Below are positions 9,849 through 20,774 of a stretch of 64,000 nt of DNA, piece after piece. The first letter of the stretch is position 1. Each line of letters starts with the position of its first letter. Both the position numbers and the translations under genes were made by a program. This stretch comes from an uncultured Chloroflexia bacterium (GTDB lineage: Bacteria; Chloroflexota; Limnocylindria; Limnocylindrales; CSP1-4), in the NCBI GenBank assembly GCA_963819655.1, contig CAWFXA010000002.1, forward strand, positions 256,001-320,000. Reading direction: 5' to 3'. The notes under the pieces are model-generated. The model ran no database searches. It worked only from the letters and a program-made list of their open reading frames with translations, and was not told the DNA's origin.

Positions 9849-10958
9849 ATGACCTCGCTCGGCGCGTGGCGTTCCGACTCTGCCGCCCGCTGGCTGTTCA
9901 TCTGGCCGACGGTCCTGTTCATCCTGTTCCTGTCCCTGTTCCCGCTGGTCGCGTCGCTCGCCCTGTCGCTCTCCAGGTTGGCCTTCCACCAGGGCGGGGT
10001 CGACCTCAAATTCATCGGCTTCACGAACTACCAGCAGCTCCTGTTCGGTCTCGAGCGGAGCCACTTCCTGGGCGTGCTCAAGACGCCTTCGCCCGTGGGT
10101 TGGGCGATCCTCATCGCGACGATCGTCCTGACCGCGTACGCCTGGACGCGCTCGGTCCGCAGCGGCGAGGTCGGCCCGTTCGGGCTCGTGCTCCGGCTCT
10201 TCGGCGGCGTCCTCGTGGTCGGCTTCGTCTGGCTCCTGGTCCAGGCCCTGGTGAGCGAAGGTGGACGACCCGGTTCGTTGATCGTCACCTTGATCTTCGT
10301 CTTCGTTGGGATCGGCCTGCAGTACTTCCTGGGTCTCGGACTCGCTCTGCTCGCCGTCCAGCAGGTCCCGTTGCGGCGCTTCTTCCGGGTCGTCTTCCTG
10401 ATCCCGTTGACCATCACCCCGGTCGGGGTCGGCTACATGTTCCTGATGCTGACCGACACCTCCAAGGGGCCGCTCGAGCCCATCTGGGTGGCGCTCGGCC
10501 TGCGCGACTTCACCTGGGTGACCGACCCCTGGCTGGCTCGCGCGGCGGTCATCATCGGGGACACGTGGCAGTGGACGCCGTTCGTGTTCATCGTCCTGCT
10601 GGCCGCCCTCGAGAGTCTCGACCAGGAGGTCCGCGAGGCGGCCCTCGCCGACGGCGCCAGCCGCTGGCAGAGCTTTCGCCACATCACCTTCCCAGCCCTG
10701 CTGCCGGTGACGACGACGATCATCCTCATCCGCCTGATCGAGGGCTTCAAGATCATCGACATGCCGAACATCCTGCTCGGCGGCGGGCCCGGGACGGCGA
10801 CTCAGTCGATGACGCTCCAGGCGTACATCGACTGGAACACGCTCAACCTCGGTCGATCGGCGGCGGTCGCCTATCTCCTGCTGCTCCTGGTGACGGTCGT
10901 GGCGACCGTGTATGTCAGCGTGGTCCGGCGACGGGTGACGGAGACGGAGACGGTATGA
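9849..10958 (+). CDS. Carbohydrate ABC permease with extra TM insertion
   Basis: WQWTPFVFIVLLAALESL, EAALADGASRWQSFRHITFP; start uncertain (9780-9849). Confidence 0.88.
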   Translation: MTSLGAWRSDSAARWLFIWPTVLFILFLSLFPLVASLALSLSRLAFHQGGVDLKFIGFTNYQQLLFGLERSHFLGVLKTPSPVGWAILIATIVLTAYAWTRSVRSGEVGPFGLVLRLFGGVLVVGFVWLLVQALVSEGGRPGSLIVTLIFVFVGIGLQYFLGLGLALLAVQQVPLRRFFRVVFLIPLTITPVGVGYMFLMLTDTSKGPLEPIWVALGLRDFTWVTDPWLARAAVIIGDTWQWTPFVFIVLLAALESLDQEVREAALADGASRWQSFRHITFPALLPVTTTIILIRLIEGFKIIDMPNILLGGGPGTATQSMTLQAYIDWNTLNLGRSAAVAYLLLLLVTVVATVYVSVVRRRVTETETV

Positions 10959-11980
10959 GCAATCCGTTCCGGCGACGATCGGCGGCTGATCTGTCCGTCC
11001 CGCAGAAGGTCGTCGCGTTCCTCTTGCTGAGCGCCTGGGCGCTGGTGGTGCTGCTCCCCATCTACTGGCTCGTGGTGACTTCGTTCAAGACGCCCGGCGA
11101 TGTCGACAAGGGCCCCTTCTACATCCCCTTCGTCGACTTCCAGCCGACGCTCGATGCTTGGCGCTACATCCTCGTCGAGCTCGGCAACGACACACTGCGC
11201 CCGTACGTCAACACGGTGATCGTGGGTCTGACCAGCTCGGCGATCGCGCTGCTGATGGGCTCGTTCACGGCCTACGCGCTGGTCCGCTTCACGTACCGAC
11301 CCAAGCTCGGGCTGATCGGCGTCGGCATCGGGTGCATCGCCTTCGCGTTCATCACCGCGGCCATCGGCGCGCCCGTGCCGATCGCCATCGCGGCGGCTAT
11401 CGCGATCTTCGTGCTGCTCGCCCAGACCATCGGGCGCCGCTTCCGACGCTCGCTCGGCAACAGCGATATCGCGTTCTGGCTCATCTCACAGCGGATCCTG
11501 CCGCCGATCGCGGTGGCCATCCCGCTGTACGTGCTGTTCCAGCAGGTCGGCCTGCTCGACAGCCTCGCGGCACTGGTCATCACGTATGTCGCGGCGAACC
11601 TGCCGATCGTCGTGTGGCTGATGCGCGAGTACTTCGCCTCGCTCCCGCGCGAGCTCGAGGAGTCGGCGGCCGTCGACGGCGCATCCGTCTACCGGATCGT
11701 TCGCTCGATCGTCCTGCCGATCTCCGTGCCCGGTCTGGTGGCGACGTTCCTGATCGTGCTGATCTTCGCCTGGAACGAGTTCCTCATCGCCCTCGTGCTG
11801 ACCAGTGCCGACGCGCAGACGATGCCGCTGCAGGTCGCGGCCCAGAACGCGACCAGGGGCCCGCAGTGGTGGGCGATGTCCGTGCTGATCATCATCATGA
11901 TCGCCCCCGTGGTGGTCATGGCGATCGCCCTCGAGCGGTTCATCACGCGCGGGATCCTCGTCGGCGCACTGAAAGGCTGA
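10955..11980 (+). CDS. Carbohydrate ABC permease with extra TM insertion
   Basis: NLPIVVWLMREYF, LEESAAVDGAS, FAWNEFL; ATGA overlap with the upstream gene. Confidence 0.9.
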   Translation: MSNPFRRRSAADLSVPQKVVAFLLLSAWALVVLLPIYWLVVTSFKTPGDVDKGPFYIPFVDFQPTLDAWRYILVELGNDTLRPYVNTVIVGLTSSAIALLMGSFTAYALVRFTYRPKLGLIGVGIGCIAFAFITAAIGAPVPIAIAAAIAIFVLLAQTIGRRFRRSLGNSDIAFWLISQRILPPIAVAIPLYVLFQQVGLLDSLAALVITYVAANLPIVVWLMREYFASLPRELEESAAVDGASVYRIVRSIVLPISVPGLVATFLIVLIFAWNEFLIALVLTSADAQTMPLQVAAQNATRGPQWWAMSVLIIIMIAPVVVMAIALERFITRGILVGALKG

Positions 11981-11983
11981 GAC

Positions 11984-13340
11984 GTGAGCGACGATCACCG
12001 CCGTCGACATCGTCGACGTCCGCTTCCCGACCTCGCGCAGCCTCGACGGTTCGGACGCGATGAACCCGGATCCGGACTACTCGGCGGCATACGTGATCGT
12101 GCGCACGGATGCTGACGACGGGCTCGAGGGCCACGGCTTCACGTTCACGATCGGCCGCGGCACTGAGGTCGTCGTGGCAGCCGTCGGTGCGCTCCGGCCC
12201 CTCGTCCTTGGCCGTTCGACCGACGAGTTGTTCGCCGACATGGGCGCCTTCTGGCGACAGCTGGTCGGCGACAGCCAGCTGCGCTGGATCGGCCCGGAGA
12301 AGGGCGTGATGCACCTCGCGACGGCGGCCGTCGTGAACGCCGTCTGGGACCTGTTCGCGAAGACCGCCGGCAAGCCGCTCTGGAAGCTCGTCGTCGACAT
12401 GACGCCCGAGGAGATCGTCGCCCTGGTCGACTTCCGCTACATCTCCGACGCCCTCCCGCCGGAGCGAGCGCTCGAGCGATTGCGCGCGCTCGCGCCGAGT
12501 CGCGCGCAACGGGAGGCCGAGCTCCGACAGGACGGCTACCCCGCGTACACGACCTCGGTCGGCTGGCTCGGCTACGACGACGACAAGATCCGCGCGCTCT
12601 GCCGGACGGCGCTGGCGGAAGGTTGGACGCGGTTCAAGTTGAAGGTCGGCGCGGACCTCGCGGATGATCGCCGGCGCGCGCGGATCGTGCGCGAGGAGAT
12701 CGGACCGGAGGCGATGATGGCGGTGGACGCCAATCAGCGCTGGGATGTCGACCAGGCGATCGCATGGATGGCCGACCTGGCCGAGTTCGACCCGTACTGG
12801 ATCGAGGAACCCACCAGCCCGGACGACATCCTCGGCCACGCCGCGATCGCCCGTGCCGTGGCGCCGATCCGGGTGGCCACCGGCGAGCACGTCCACAACC
12901 GCGTCATGTTCAAGCAGCTGTTCCAGGCCGACGCGATCGCGATCTGCCAGATCGACGCAGCCCGTCTCGGCGGGGTCAACGAGGTCATCGCCGTCCTCCT
13001 GATGGCCGCCGAATTCGGCATCCCGGTCTGTCCCCACGCCGGGGGTGTGGGGCTGTGCGAGCTCGTCCAGCATCTGGCCGCGATCGACTACATCGCGATC
13101 AGCGGTTCGCTCGACGGCCGGATGATCGAGTACGTGGACCACCTCCACGAGCACTTCCTCGATCCCGTCGAGATCCGCGACGCGCGCTACGTCCTGCCGA
13201 CCCGACCCGGCTATAGCGCCGAGATGCGTCCGGAGTCGCTGGCCCGGTACCGGTTCCCCGACGGCGACGAGTGGCGAGCCATCCAGGCCGAGGTCGCGGC
13301 CGCCGGCGTCGCGGCTGGAGCCGCCGGCGCAGTCCGGTGA
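11984..13340 (+). CDS. L-fuconate dehydratase (enolase superfamily, rTS/ENOSF1-like)
   Basis: [67 protein letters not shown]; the GTG at 11984 is one base out of frame (probable indel). Confidence 0.9.
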
Positions 13341-13667
13341 ATGTGCGGCGGTTCGGCCAGCGGATCGATGTCCGCCCCGACCGGATCGATGACTACGAGC
13401 GGCTCCACGCGGATCCGTGGCCGGGCGTCCTGGAGCAGATCCGGCGCTCGAACATCCGGAACTACACGATCTTCCGCGACGGGACGGACCTGTTCGCCTA
13501 CTTCGAATACACGGGCGACGACTTCGAGGCCGACATGGCGGCCATGGCCGCCGACCCCGAGACCCAGCGCTGGTGGGCGCAGACCGACCCGATGCAGGAA
13601 CCGCGTCCGGATCGCGAACCCGGGACCTGGTGGAAGACCCTCGACGAGATCTTCCACAGCGGACTGA
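13337..13667 (+). CDS. L-rhamnose/L-fucose mutarotase family protein
   Basis: [39 protein letters not shown]; stop at 13667 needs an indel in the last codons. Confidence 0.85.
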
Positions 13668-13679
13668 GGCGGCGAGCGC

Positions 13680-13716
13680 CTAGAGCAGCTCCCCGTGGCC
13701 TGACGCGGTCGGTTCG
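13680..13716 (-). repeat. Displaced copy of the kamA 3' end (att-like direct repeat, left copy)
   Basis: CTAGAGCAGCTCCCCGTG identical to 45468-45485; minus strand encodes EPTASGHGELL*. Confidence 0.85.
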
Positions 13717-13724
13717 TCACATCC

Positions 13725-14480
13725 TCAGGCTCCTTGGAATGGGCCAACGATGAACATCGAAGCGTTCAGCGTGACCTGCCCCGCGGCAGCGGGATAGATA
13801 GACCCGGTCGCAATCGTTGCGAACCCGAACATGAATGTCGAATACAGCCCGAGTAAAAGGACCGCCGGTGATGTACCGACGACCGAGACAGCTGCAAAGA
13901 GGATGCTGGCGAATGCCATACCTCGCCACAGGCCGAAAACCCGCACTGCTGAGGTATGCAGCAATCCACGGAAAAGGGCAGCCTCGACGAGTGCTCCGAC
14001 CACCAGAGCCGTCATGGCGACCAGCAGCTCGTCTGGTTCGGTCGGATCCCCGACCAAAGGTAGCGGCTTGACCAGATCGTAGGCGAACAGACCGAGGGCG
14101 ATACATCCCGGGAGCATCACGAGCGCAAGTGCGACGTCGAAGGGCTTGATGCGAAGTCCTAGATCCCGGGGCGCGATCCGAGCCTCCCGAGCTGCCACGA
14201 AAACAGCAACGAGGGTGGGAAAAGCGACCAACAGGTATCGGATCGATAGATCCATGTCTGGAGGAAAAGCTGTCAAAGCCACGAGCTGGACTAATGGGAT
14301 GACCGCCAACGCCTGGAGCAAGGCCCGTCTGTCGCGGTCGACGGTTGCGATCGCGACGTTCAGGATGGCCAGGAATGCAGCAGCATGCATGAACGCTCCA
14401 GGTAGCGATCCTCCGGTGATCGCGACCACCTGAGCGAGAAGGACCAAGCCAGCGAGGAGGACAGCGTCATGCTTCTTCAC
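13725..14480 (-). CDS. CPBP (type II CAAX/Abi) intramembrane protease homolog, catalytic motifs degenerate
   Basis: PRDLGL, LVEAALFRGLL (canonical EExxFRG), SILFAAVS (canonical FxxxH), TGSIYPAAAGQVTLN (canonical HxxxN). Confidence 0.75.
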   Translation of the reverse strand: MKKHDAVLLAGLVLLAQVVAITGGSLPGAFMHAAAFLAILNVAIATVDRDRRALLQALAVIPLVQLVALTAFPPDMDLSIRYLLVAFPTLVAVFVAAREARIAPRDLGLRIKPFDVALALVMLPGCIALGLFAYDLVKPLPLVGDPTEPDELLVAMTALVVGALVEAALFRGLLHTSAVRVFGLWRGMAFASILFAAVSVVGTSPAVLLLGLYSTFMFGFATIATGSIYPAAAGQVTLNASMFIVGPFQGA

Positions 14481-15304
14481 TGGCTCGGCGCCGCATCGAC
14501 CCAGAGCCGAAGCCGGCGAAATGGTTCAAGCGAGTCCCCCTTGTACAGCACTACGGCGAGTTGCTGGTCGACTCCCGCGCTCGGCACGACGAACTCGACG
14601 GAGCCTCGCCACTCCTCCTCCTCGTCGAGCGCCATCGGTCCGGTCGTCCCTGCCGTCTCGGCGCCGAGAATGACATCCACACGAAAGGTCGTCGGCCTTG
14701 CTTCGCCATTCACGATGCCGATGTTGAGCACTGACGGTCTGCCGGCCACTACCTGGCTTGGGTAGTTCTCCGACAAGCCCTCGACGCCAAGGGCGTAGAA
14801 CTCGGTCGCGCGAGAAGGAGGGTACAGAGCCAAACTGATTCCCCCACCAGCCAGCGCGAGGATGACTACCAAGGTGAACACGGGGAACGGGACACCAGCC
14901 AACCGTGTGGGAAGCGCCGAACCATCCCTGGGGATTGCTGCCTGTGTGCTTGATCCATGACCCGGCGTTCGTCGCCGCCATTCTGCGATTAGGCAAAAGA
15001 CAACAGTCATGCAAGCGACGCCGACGATAGGGACGGCCTCAGAGCGCCAGGGTACCCACAGGAGGAGGATGGCTGCCACGACGATCAGGGCCAGTGAAAG
15101 CCCGAAGGCGAGCGCAAGGCGCTCCGGGATGTCGAACTCCGCGTCCGGGAAGAGAGCGATACTGAGGGCGTAACCGGGGAGGAACAGTGTCGCCGCGAGC
15201 CCAGGCAGCACCCTGATCGGGTCTGGGGCGCCCACCAAGGCTAACGTCGCGGCGACGACGGTCCCCAGTAAGACCCACCTGACGTCCACAGAGATTCGGC
15301 TCAT
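14477..15304 (-). CDS. DUF1616-type membrane protein
   Basis: LFLPGYALSIALFP, ERLALAFGLSLAL, TEFYALG..ENYP, IGIVNGE, PFRRLRLWVD. Confidence 0.8.
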   Translation of the reverse strand: MSRISVDVRWVLLGTVVAATLALVGAPDPIRVLPGLAATLFLPGYALSIALFPDAEFDIPERLALAFGLSLALIVVAAILLLWVPWRSEAVPIVGVACMTVVFCLIAEWRRRTPGHGSSTQAAIPRDGSALPTRLAGVPFPVFTLVVILALAGGGISLALYPPSRATEFYALGVEGLSENYPSQVVAGRPSVLNIGIVNGEARPTTFRVDVILGAETAGTTGPMALDEEEEWRGSVEFVVPSAGVDQQLAVVLYKGDSLEPFRRLRLWVDAAPSQ

Positions 15305-15311
15305 CGGTGCG

Positions 15312-16454
15312 TCAGACGGCCAGCTTCCGGTCTTGGAGGACTTGCCTGTATATGGCGACCGTCCTGGCGGCCACGGAATCCCAATCGAACATCCTGGCTC
15401 GCTTGAGACCTTTGGCCCTGAGTCGCTGCCGCAGGAGCGGATCTCGTGCCACGCGCTCCATTGCTCCGGCAAGAGCGCGTGCGTCGGTCGCATCGACGAG
15501 TAGGGCAGCTCCTCCGGCAACCTCAGGGAGCGATGCGGCGCTCGACGAGATCACGGGCGTGCCGCAGGCCATCGCCTCAAGGATGGGCAACCCGAAACCT
15601 TCGTGCAACGACGGGAAGACGAGGAAGTCAGCCGCGCTGTAGACAGATGGGAGATCGGTATCGGCGACATATCCAGTGAGCGCCACTCGATCCTCAAGAC
15701 CCTCCCGGGTGATCATGTCCGCAACGCCGCCGTCATCCCACATCGGTTGACCGACGATCGCCAGGCGATGCGGCACGGTCGACGGGTCAAGCGCACCGAC
15801 GGCCGCGATGAGGGTTCGAAGATTCTTCCGCGCCTGGAGGTTGCCGACGGTGAGCATGTATGGGGGCCGCAGCCCGTAGCGCGCGGCAACTGCCCTCGCC
15901 TCGTCGTCTGGGATCGGGCGAAACGCGTCGCCAACGCCATTTGGAACGACGTGGAGACGCTCCGATGGGATTGAAAGGTACCGAATGAGATCCGCGCGCG
16001 CGTACTCGCTCACTGTGATCACAGCGTCGGTGTTTTGCACGGTCGTCGGAACGTATCGACGATGCAGCACGTTGTTGAGCATCGGATAGCCCTTCGGAAA
16101 GCGAAACGCGATCGCATCGTGGATCGTGACGACGCGACGAAACCTTCCCCACGCAGCGGACAGCGTAAATGGACAGACGCCGGTCGGATCGTGGACGAGA
16201 TCGAGCTGCGCCCGGCGCGCCGCATACGCGATCAGTGGGCCGCCGAGGGCCATCAAACCGGGAAGCCTGGCGCAGCCGGGCAAGTGAAACGAGGAAACGC
16301 CGAGCTCGTCGGTGAAGGGACCCTGTCGATACGGTCGCAGGAAGACCACCTGGCAGTCAGGGCTTCGATGCAGGGCCGACCCGAGTTCCATGGCGACGCG
16401 CGAGATACCCGAGAGCGGTCGGTCCAGCCCGTACGTCACGAAACCGATCCGCAT
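15312..16454 (-). CDS. Glycosyltransferase family 4
   Basis: VVTIHD, VGNLQARKNL, FPSLHEGFGLPILEAMACGTPV. Confidence 0.93.
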   Translation of the reverse strand: MRIGFVTYGLDRPLSGISRVAMELGSALHRSPDCQVVFLRPYRQGPFTDELGVSSFHLPGCARLPGLMALGGPLIAYAARRAQLDLVHDPTGVCPFTLSAAWGRFRRVVTIHDAIAFRFPKGYPMLNNVLHRRYVPTTVQNTDAVITVSEYARADLIRYLSIPSERLHVVPNGVGDAFRPIPDDEARAVAARYGLRPPYMLTVGNLQARKNLRTLIAAVGALDPSTVPHRLAIVGQPMWDDGGVADMITREGLEDRVALTGYVADTDLPSVYSAADFLVFPSLHEGFGLPILEAMACGTPVISSSAASLPEVAGGAALLVDATDARALAGAMERVARDPLLRQRLRAKGLKRARMFDWDSVAARTVAIYRQVLQDRKLAV

Positions 16455-16515
16455 TGGTCGGGCACGAGTGCGATCCAACGAAGGGGTGGCCCTGTCCGTT
16501 TGTGATTGAGGCGAC

Positions 16516-19500
16516 CTAGGGACGAACGCGATAGACCTGGACCGTGCCGTTGTCATATACGCGGTCCTCGTGGATGATCGCCGGCAGGGTCCAACCCGAT
16601 CCGCGACGCCTGCAGACGAACGATATCGGAGATGATGATCGCCCGGACCGCAGGATCAGGCTCGCCCTCGGTCCACCGATTGGCGTTCCCAGGGATCCGG
16701 ATTCGGTCAGGTAGGCAGCAGCGAGTCGCTCGTCAGGTCCGATCCAGGTTGCCGTGCTCCGCTGGTGTGTATCAGCCCATCGAAGCCCCGCGATCTCCGC
16801 CGATGTGTAGAACGTCCACTTGTTGCTCACCGCCGGCTCGTTCGACGCCTTCAGGATCGAGGCGAGCGCGAGTCCGGCGAGCGCGATCCCGCTCGCGAGA
16901 CGAAAGATCGGCGTTGGGACGGACCCGCGCAAGACCGACGCCGAGCAGCCCGGCCGCCAGCGTAGCGAAGGGGACGAACGCTCGATACTGGAGGTTGCCG
17001 CCGAGCACCCCAGTCCGGTCCACGACGCTGAAGACAACGACCGCGAAAGCAAAAGCCGCATAGAGCAGCCACAGTGTCCAGACCCCATAGGATGGGACCT
17101 CGCCTCTCAGCCAGCGTGCCCCGAGGGCGAGCCAGACGATGGCGGATCCGAACGCGATCATGAGATTTCCGGCGCTAAGAGCGAAGAAGACTTCGGAGCT
17201 CACCCACGCCGAAGGGATGCCGGCGTACGGGTCGACAGCCGGGTCGCTGCCTGAGAACAGCTGGGCGAGCTCAGCCGGGATGCCACTCGCGACGTTGAGT
17301 GTATGACGCGCCGGTGGATAGATCCGCGAGGATGAAGATCAAGACCAACATCCATGCAGCGACAGCAAGCCAGCCGAGCTGGATCCCACTCGTCCGGGCG
17401 AACCGATGCATGGGGCTGAGACGCGACACGGCCCAACTCGCAAGAGCAGCCACGGTGAGTGCAGCCGCGACCGACATCCCGTACAAGACATTGGTCGCGA
17501 TCAGACCGTACGCCGCCAGGAGGATGACGATCGTATGTATCGTGGACCGAGCGGGCGTATCGGCGACACGAGCCCTCCTGACCAAGAACCACACGAGGAG
17601 GAGCAGAAAGACTCGATCCATCCGCTCGTGGCTGCCGCGGAGCATCGTGAACAGATGCTCGGGGATGATGAGCAGGAGCAGGGTTGCGATCGCCGCAACT
17701 CGACTATTTCCGCCGATCTCCCGGTAAGCAGCCCACGCGGGCAGGACCACGACCGCCGATACGAGCGGATATATGAGTTGCTGGAGCTGGCGACTATCGA
17801 GACCGGTGAACCATAGGATCACGGCCGACACGGCTGAGTAACCGTAGCCGCTCGGATAGACCGTGCCTCCCTCGGGCGTGAGAGTCCCCGTTCGAGCAAC
17901 GTTGCGGATCGCGTCGGTCATGAGCGCGGAATCCGTCTCGGCCCAATTCCCGCCCGGTCGGACCACGAAATAGACGCCGGCGAGCAGCGCGAAGCCGGCG
18001 ACACCGACCAGCCATGAGCTCGGAGAGCCATGGAACGTTTCCGCAACCGCAGCAAAGTCGGGACGTGCTCGGTACTTGTGCATGAGCCATCGCGCCCGAT
18101 CCATCGCACGCAGGTCCCTGGGCGGGGTCAGGTTCGACCAGTGCTCTGGAAGTCGGCGGATGCCGGCGCGAACCGTGATGCCAGCGCGAACCGTCAGGAA
18201 GGCTGCGGTGAGCAACGTCAGCCCGGCCAGGAACAGTACGGGTGATAAAAGACCCTGAGCGGACACGATGCTAGGGAGGTCGGCGACCGGCGCATCCTTG
18301 ACCGTCACGATCGATGCTCCGCCGTCGACCTCTCCGACCGCGGCGTGGATCCTCCACGGCCCGGCATCGGGAGGTGTCCATTCGACATTTGCCGTCGACG
18401 TCGTGCCACTCAGGACGTCGATCCGACTCGACCCGATCACGACGGGCTGCCATCGCTCCGCATCCGCGATGAACGTGACGGCCGCGCCGTGCATGTCTTC
18501 GCCGCCGAGGTTGGCGACGGCTGCGGAAAGGCCGATCGGCTCGAGCTCGTCGCCCGTTTCCTGGATCGCGGACACTTTCGAGACTTCAAGCCGCGCCGGC
18601 GTCAAGGGTCGCGTGTCGTACCCGGCGTCCGGCGCGTACTCCACAAGATGGGTGCCGGGCGCGTCGATCCCCTCCCACGGCCGAGTCTGGCGCTCGCTCG
18701 ACTCAAGCACGAAACGGAATCCATCATCGATCAGTCGGACATCCCGGATGGCCGCGCCGGAGAGTGACCGCGGCGAGTCCGCGACGGCGTCGAACATGGC
18801 GCCGAGGTCGTCCGGCGCGATGGAATCGTCGGGATCGTCGAGCAGCGTGCGCAGCTCTTTCCACTCCTCGTGGTCGCGGGGAGGCGCGAACGTCGCCATC
18901 GCTTGCGGTTCTGAGAACGTCCCGACCCGCATCCCGGCCGAGTCGCTGAACAAGATCTGGTCGGCCGCCACAAAGAGACTCTTGATCCGTCGACCATCTT
19001 GGAGAACAGTCCAGTGGTTGATGTGTTCACCACCAAGGTTCTCGTACCGGATCTGACGACCTCGACCGAGATTCCACACGCCGCCGTCTGCATTCACCAG
19101 ATGGGCGCGGCGATCGATCGGGCTAAGGTAGATGCGCGCTTTCCCGTGAAGGTCGAACGCATGCTCACCCCTGAAGCCCTCGCGGATCTGCGCGAACGTA
19201 TCGATCGGCGGCCGATCAGTCACGCCGGCCACGTAGTCGATCAAGGATCCTCCGTCCGCTTCGGGTGTGTATTCGTACACGTGTTCGGAGGTCCAATAGG
19301 GGGCGATCACTTCGACAAACGTCGCGGCCTCCCACGACTCCTCGGAGACCCATCGGGGAAGGGCGTCAGGTGGCACGGCGGTGACGGCAAATTCGCCGAA
19401 GTCGATCGTGTATCGGACCGGCTGCTTGCCCACCAGATTCAACGAATACGTCCAATTGTGGGAGTGGGATCGGTCCCAGGTGTACATGACCGTGTTTATC

Positions 19501-20693
19501 GGGTCAGCATTGGGTAACTCCCGGATACCACCCGGTAGCACGCCGATGAATCTGATGGTCGTGTCCGGCCATCCGTCGCCGGTGGCCGCGAGGTCATAGA
19601 ACGCGAACGGATTCTCGAAGTTAGTGGTAGTCGTTGATCCTTCCTTTACGCGGTTTATCGAGTAGATGAAGAAACTGCCCGGATTGCCCCGCGAGGCGAC
19701 GAACTCGGAAATCTGGGTGATTCGGGCGCTTGCCCAATCGACATGGATCGGCGGCGGGCTCGCCCGATAGTCTTTCGCGTACTGCCCGACAGGTTTCGCC
19801 TGCAACGCGAGGTAGGGCCATAGAAAACTCCCCGTGATCGCGACCTCGTCGCCTTGCGGGTTACTGACGATCTCGGTCCGGAAGTGCTCACTCAGAGCGG
19901 CGTCTTCCGGGAACGGTGGATAGAACTGCCGCCACTCCAGCTCCGGCCGTCCATCGCCGTCACGATCACGGGCGTGAATCCTGTAGTCCGGGCGGCCGTC
20001 GCCTTCTAGGTGGGTGTACGCTTCCGGGTCTCCCAGCGACGCTCCGAACGAGGCGCGCAGCGGGCCATCAACGAGGATGTCGAGGTTGAAGCTCGTTCGT
20101 CCACCTTCGGTCCACCAGCCGTCGCGTGACGTGATGCTCACGGTCGGGTGGGGGCTCTCGACGATGCGCGGCATACCGTCGGCCAGGAGGAAGTCGACGC
20201 GACCGTTGCCGTCTCGATCATCGTAGAGGTCTGCCACAGGACCGGTCTGGCTGTAATGGAAGTCGATGATCAGGGTCGGGCGGCTGCCGCCGGCCTCGAA
20301 CACCCAGATCGCATCCTCAGTCCGGTCGGAGGATGGGCTGCGGAGATAGATGGACACGGTGTCGTGACCGGTGGCGAAGCCTGGCTCGCACGTGAGGACG
20401 ATCCGTCCCTCAGACGCGCGAGTCTCGGCGCAGCGAGGAACGGGCAGCGCTTCGATCCCGGAAGTCCCGGAAGCCGTTGCGAGTGACAACGCCGTCAGAA
20501 CTATCGCGAGAAGCGCGTGGGCCGCGACCACCCTCGGATGAAGCAGCCCTCGAGGCCCCCACATAGCAGTACCGGTTGGGCGTGGGGGATGTGGCACCGC
20601 GCGAGGAGGTCGAGGCGGCGGTATGGGCACGTCTGGCTGCTCCGGGACTGCGGAACGCCGATGATACGTGCCACCACGTTTTGGAGCGTCCAC
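16516..20693 (-). CDS. Large exported/membrane protein: DxDGDG-motif domain + CARDB-like Ig domain + multi-TM GT-C-like (DUF2206/DUF6541-like) region; several frameshifts in the 3' part
   Basis: ORFs 17271-20693, 16772-17203 and 16516-17088 joined; signal-like ALLAIVLTALSLA, DRDGNG/DRDGDG, VANLG..VEWTP, W.ETD and YPSGYGY, terminal RVYDNGTVQVY; true start uncertain and may be two genes. Confidence 0.6.
18159..18194 (-). repeat. 18-bp coding tandem duplication (TVRAGI)x2
   Basis: GATGCCGGCGCGAACCGT / GATGCCAGCGCGAACCGT. Confidence 0.85.
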
Positions 20694-20774
20694 CGCCCCC
20701 TGGGCACCTTATCGACGGCGCCGTGGATCCGCGCGGACCGACCTCGTTTCGCGCTTCTCGCGGAACCTCTCCTG

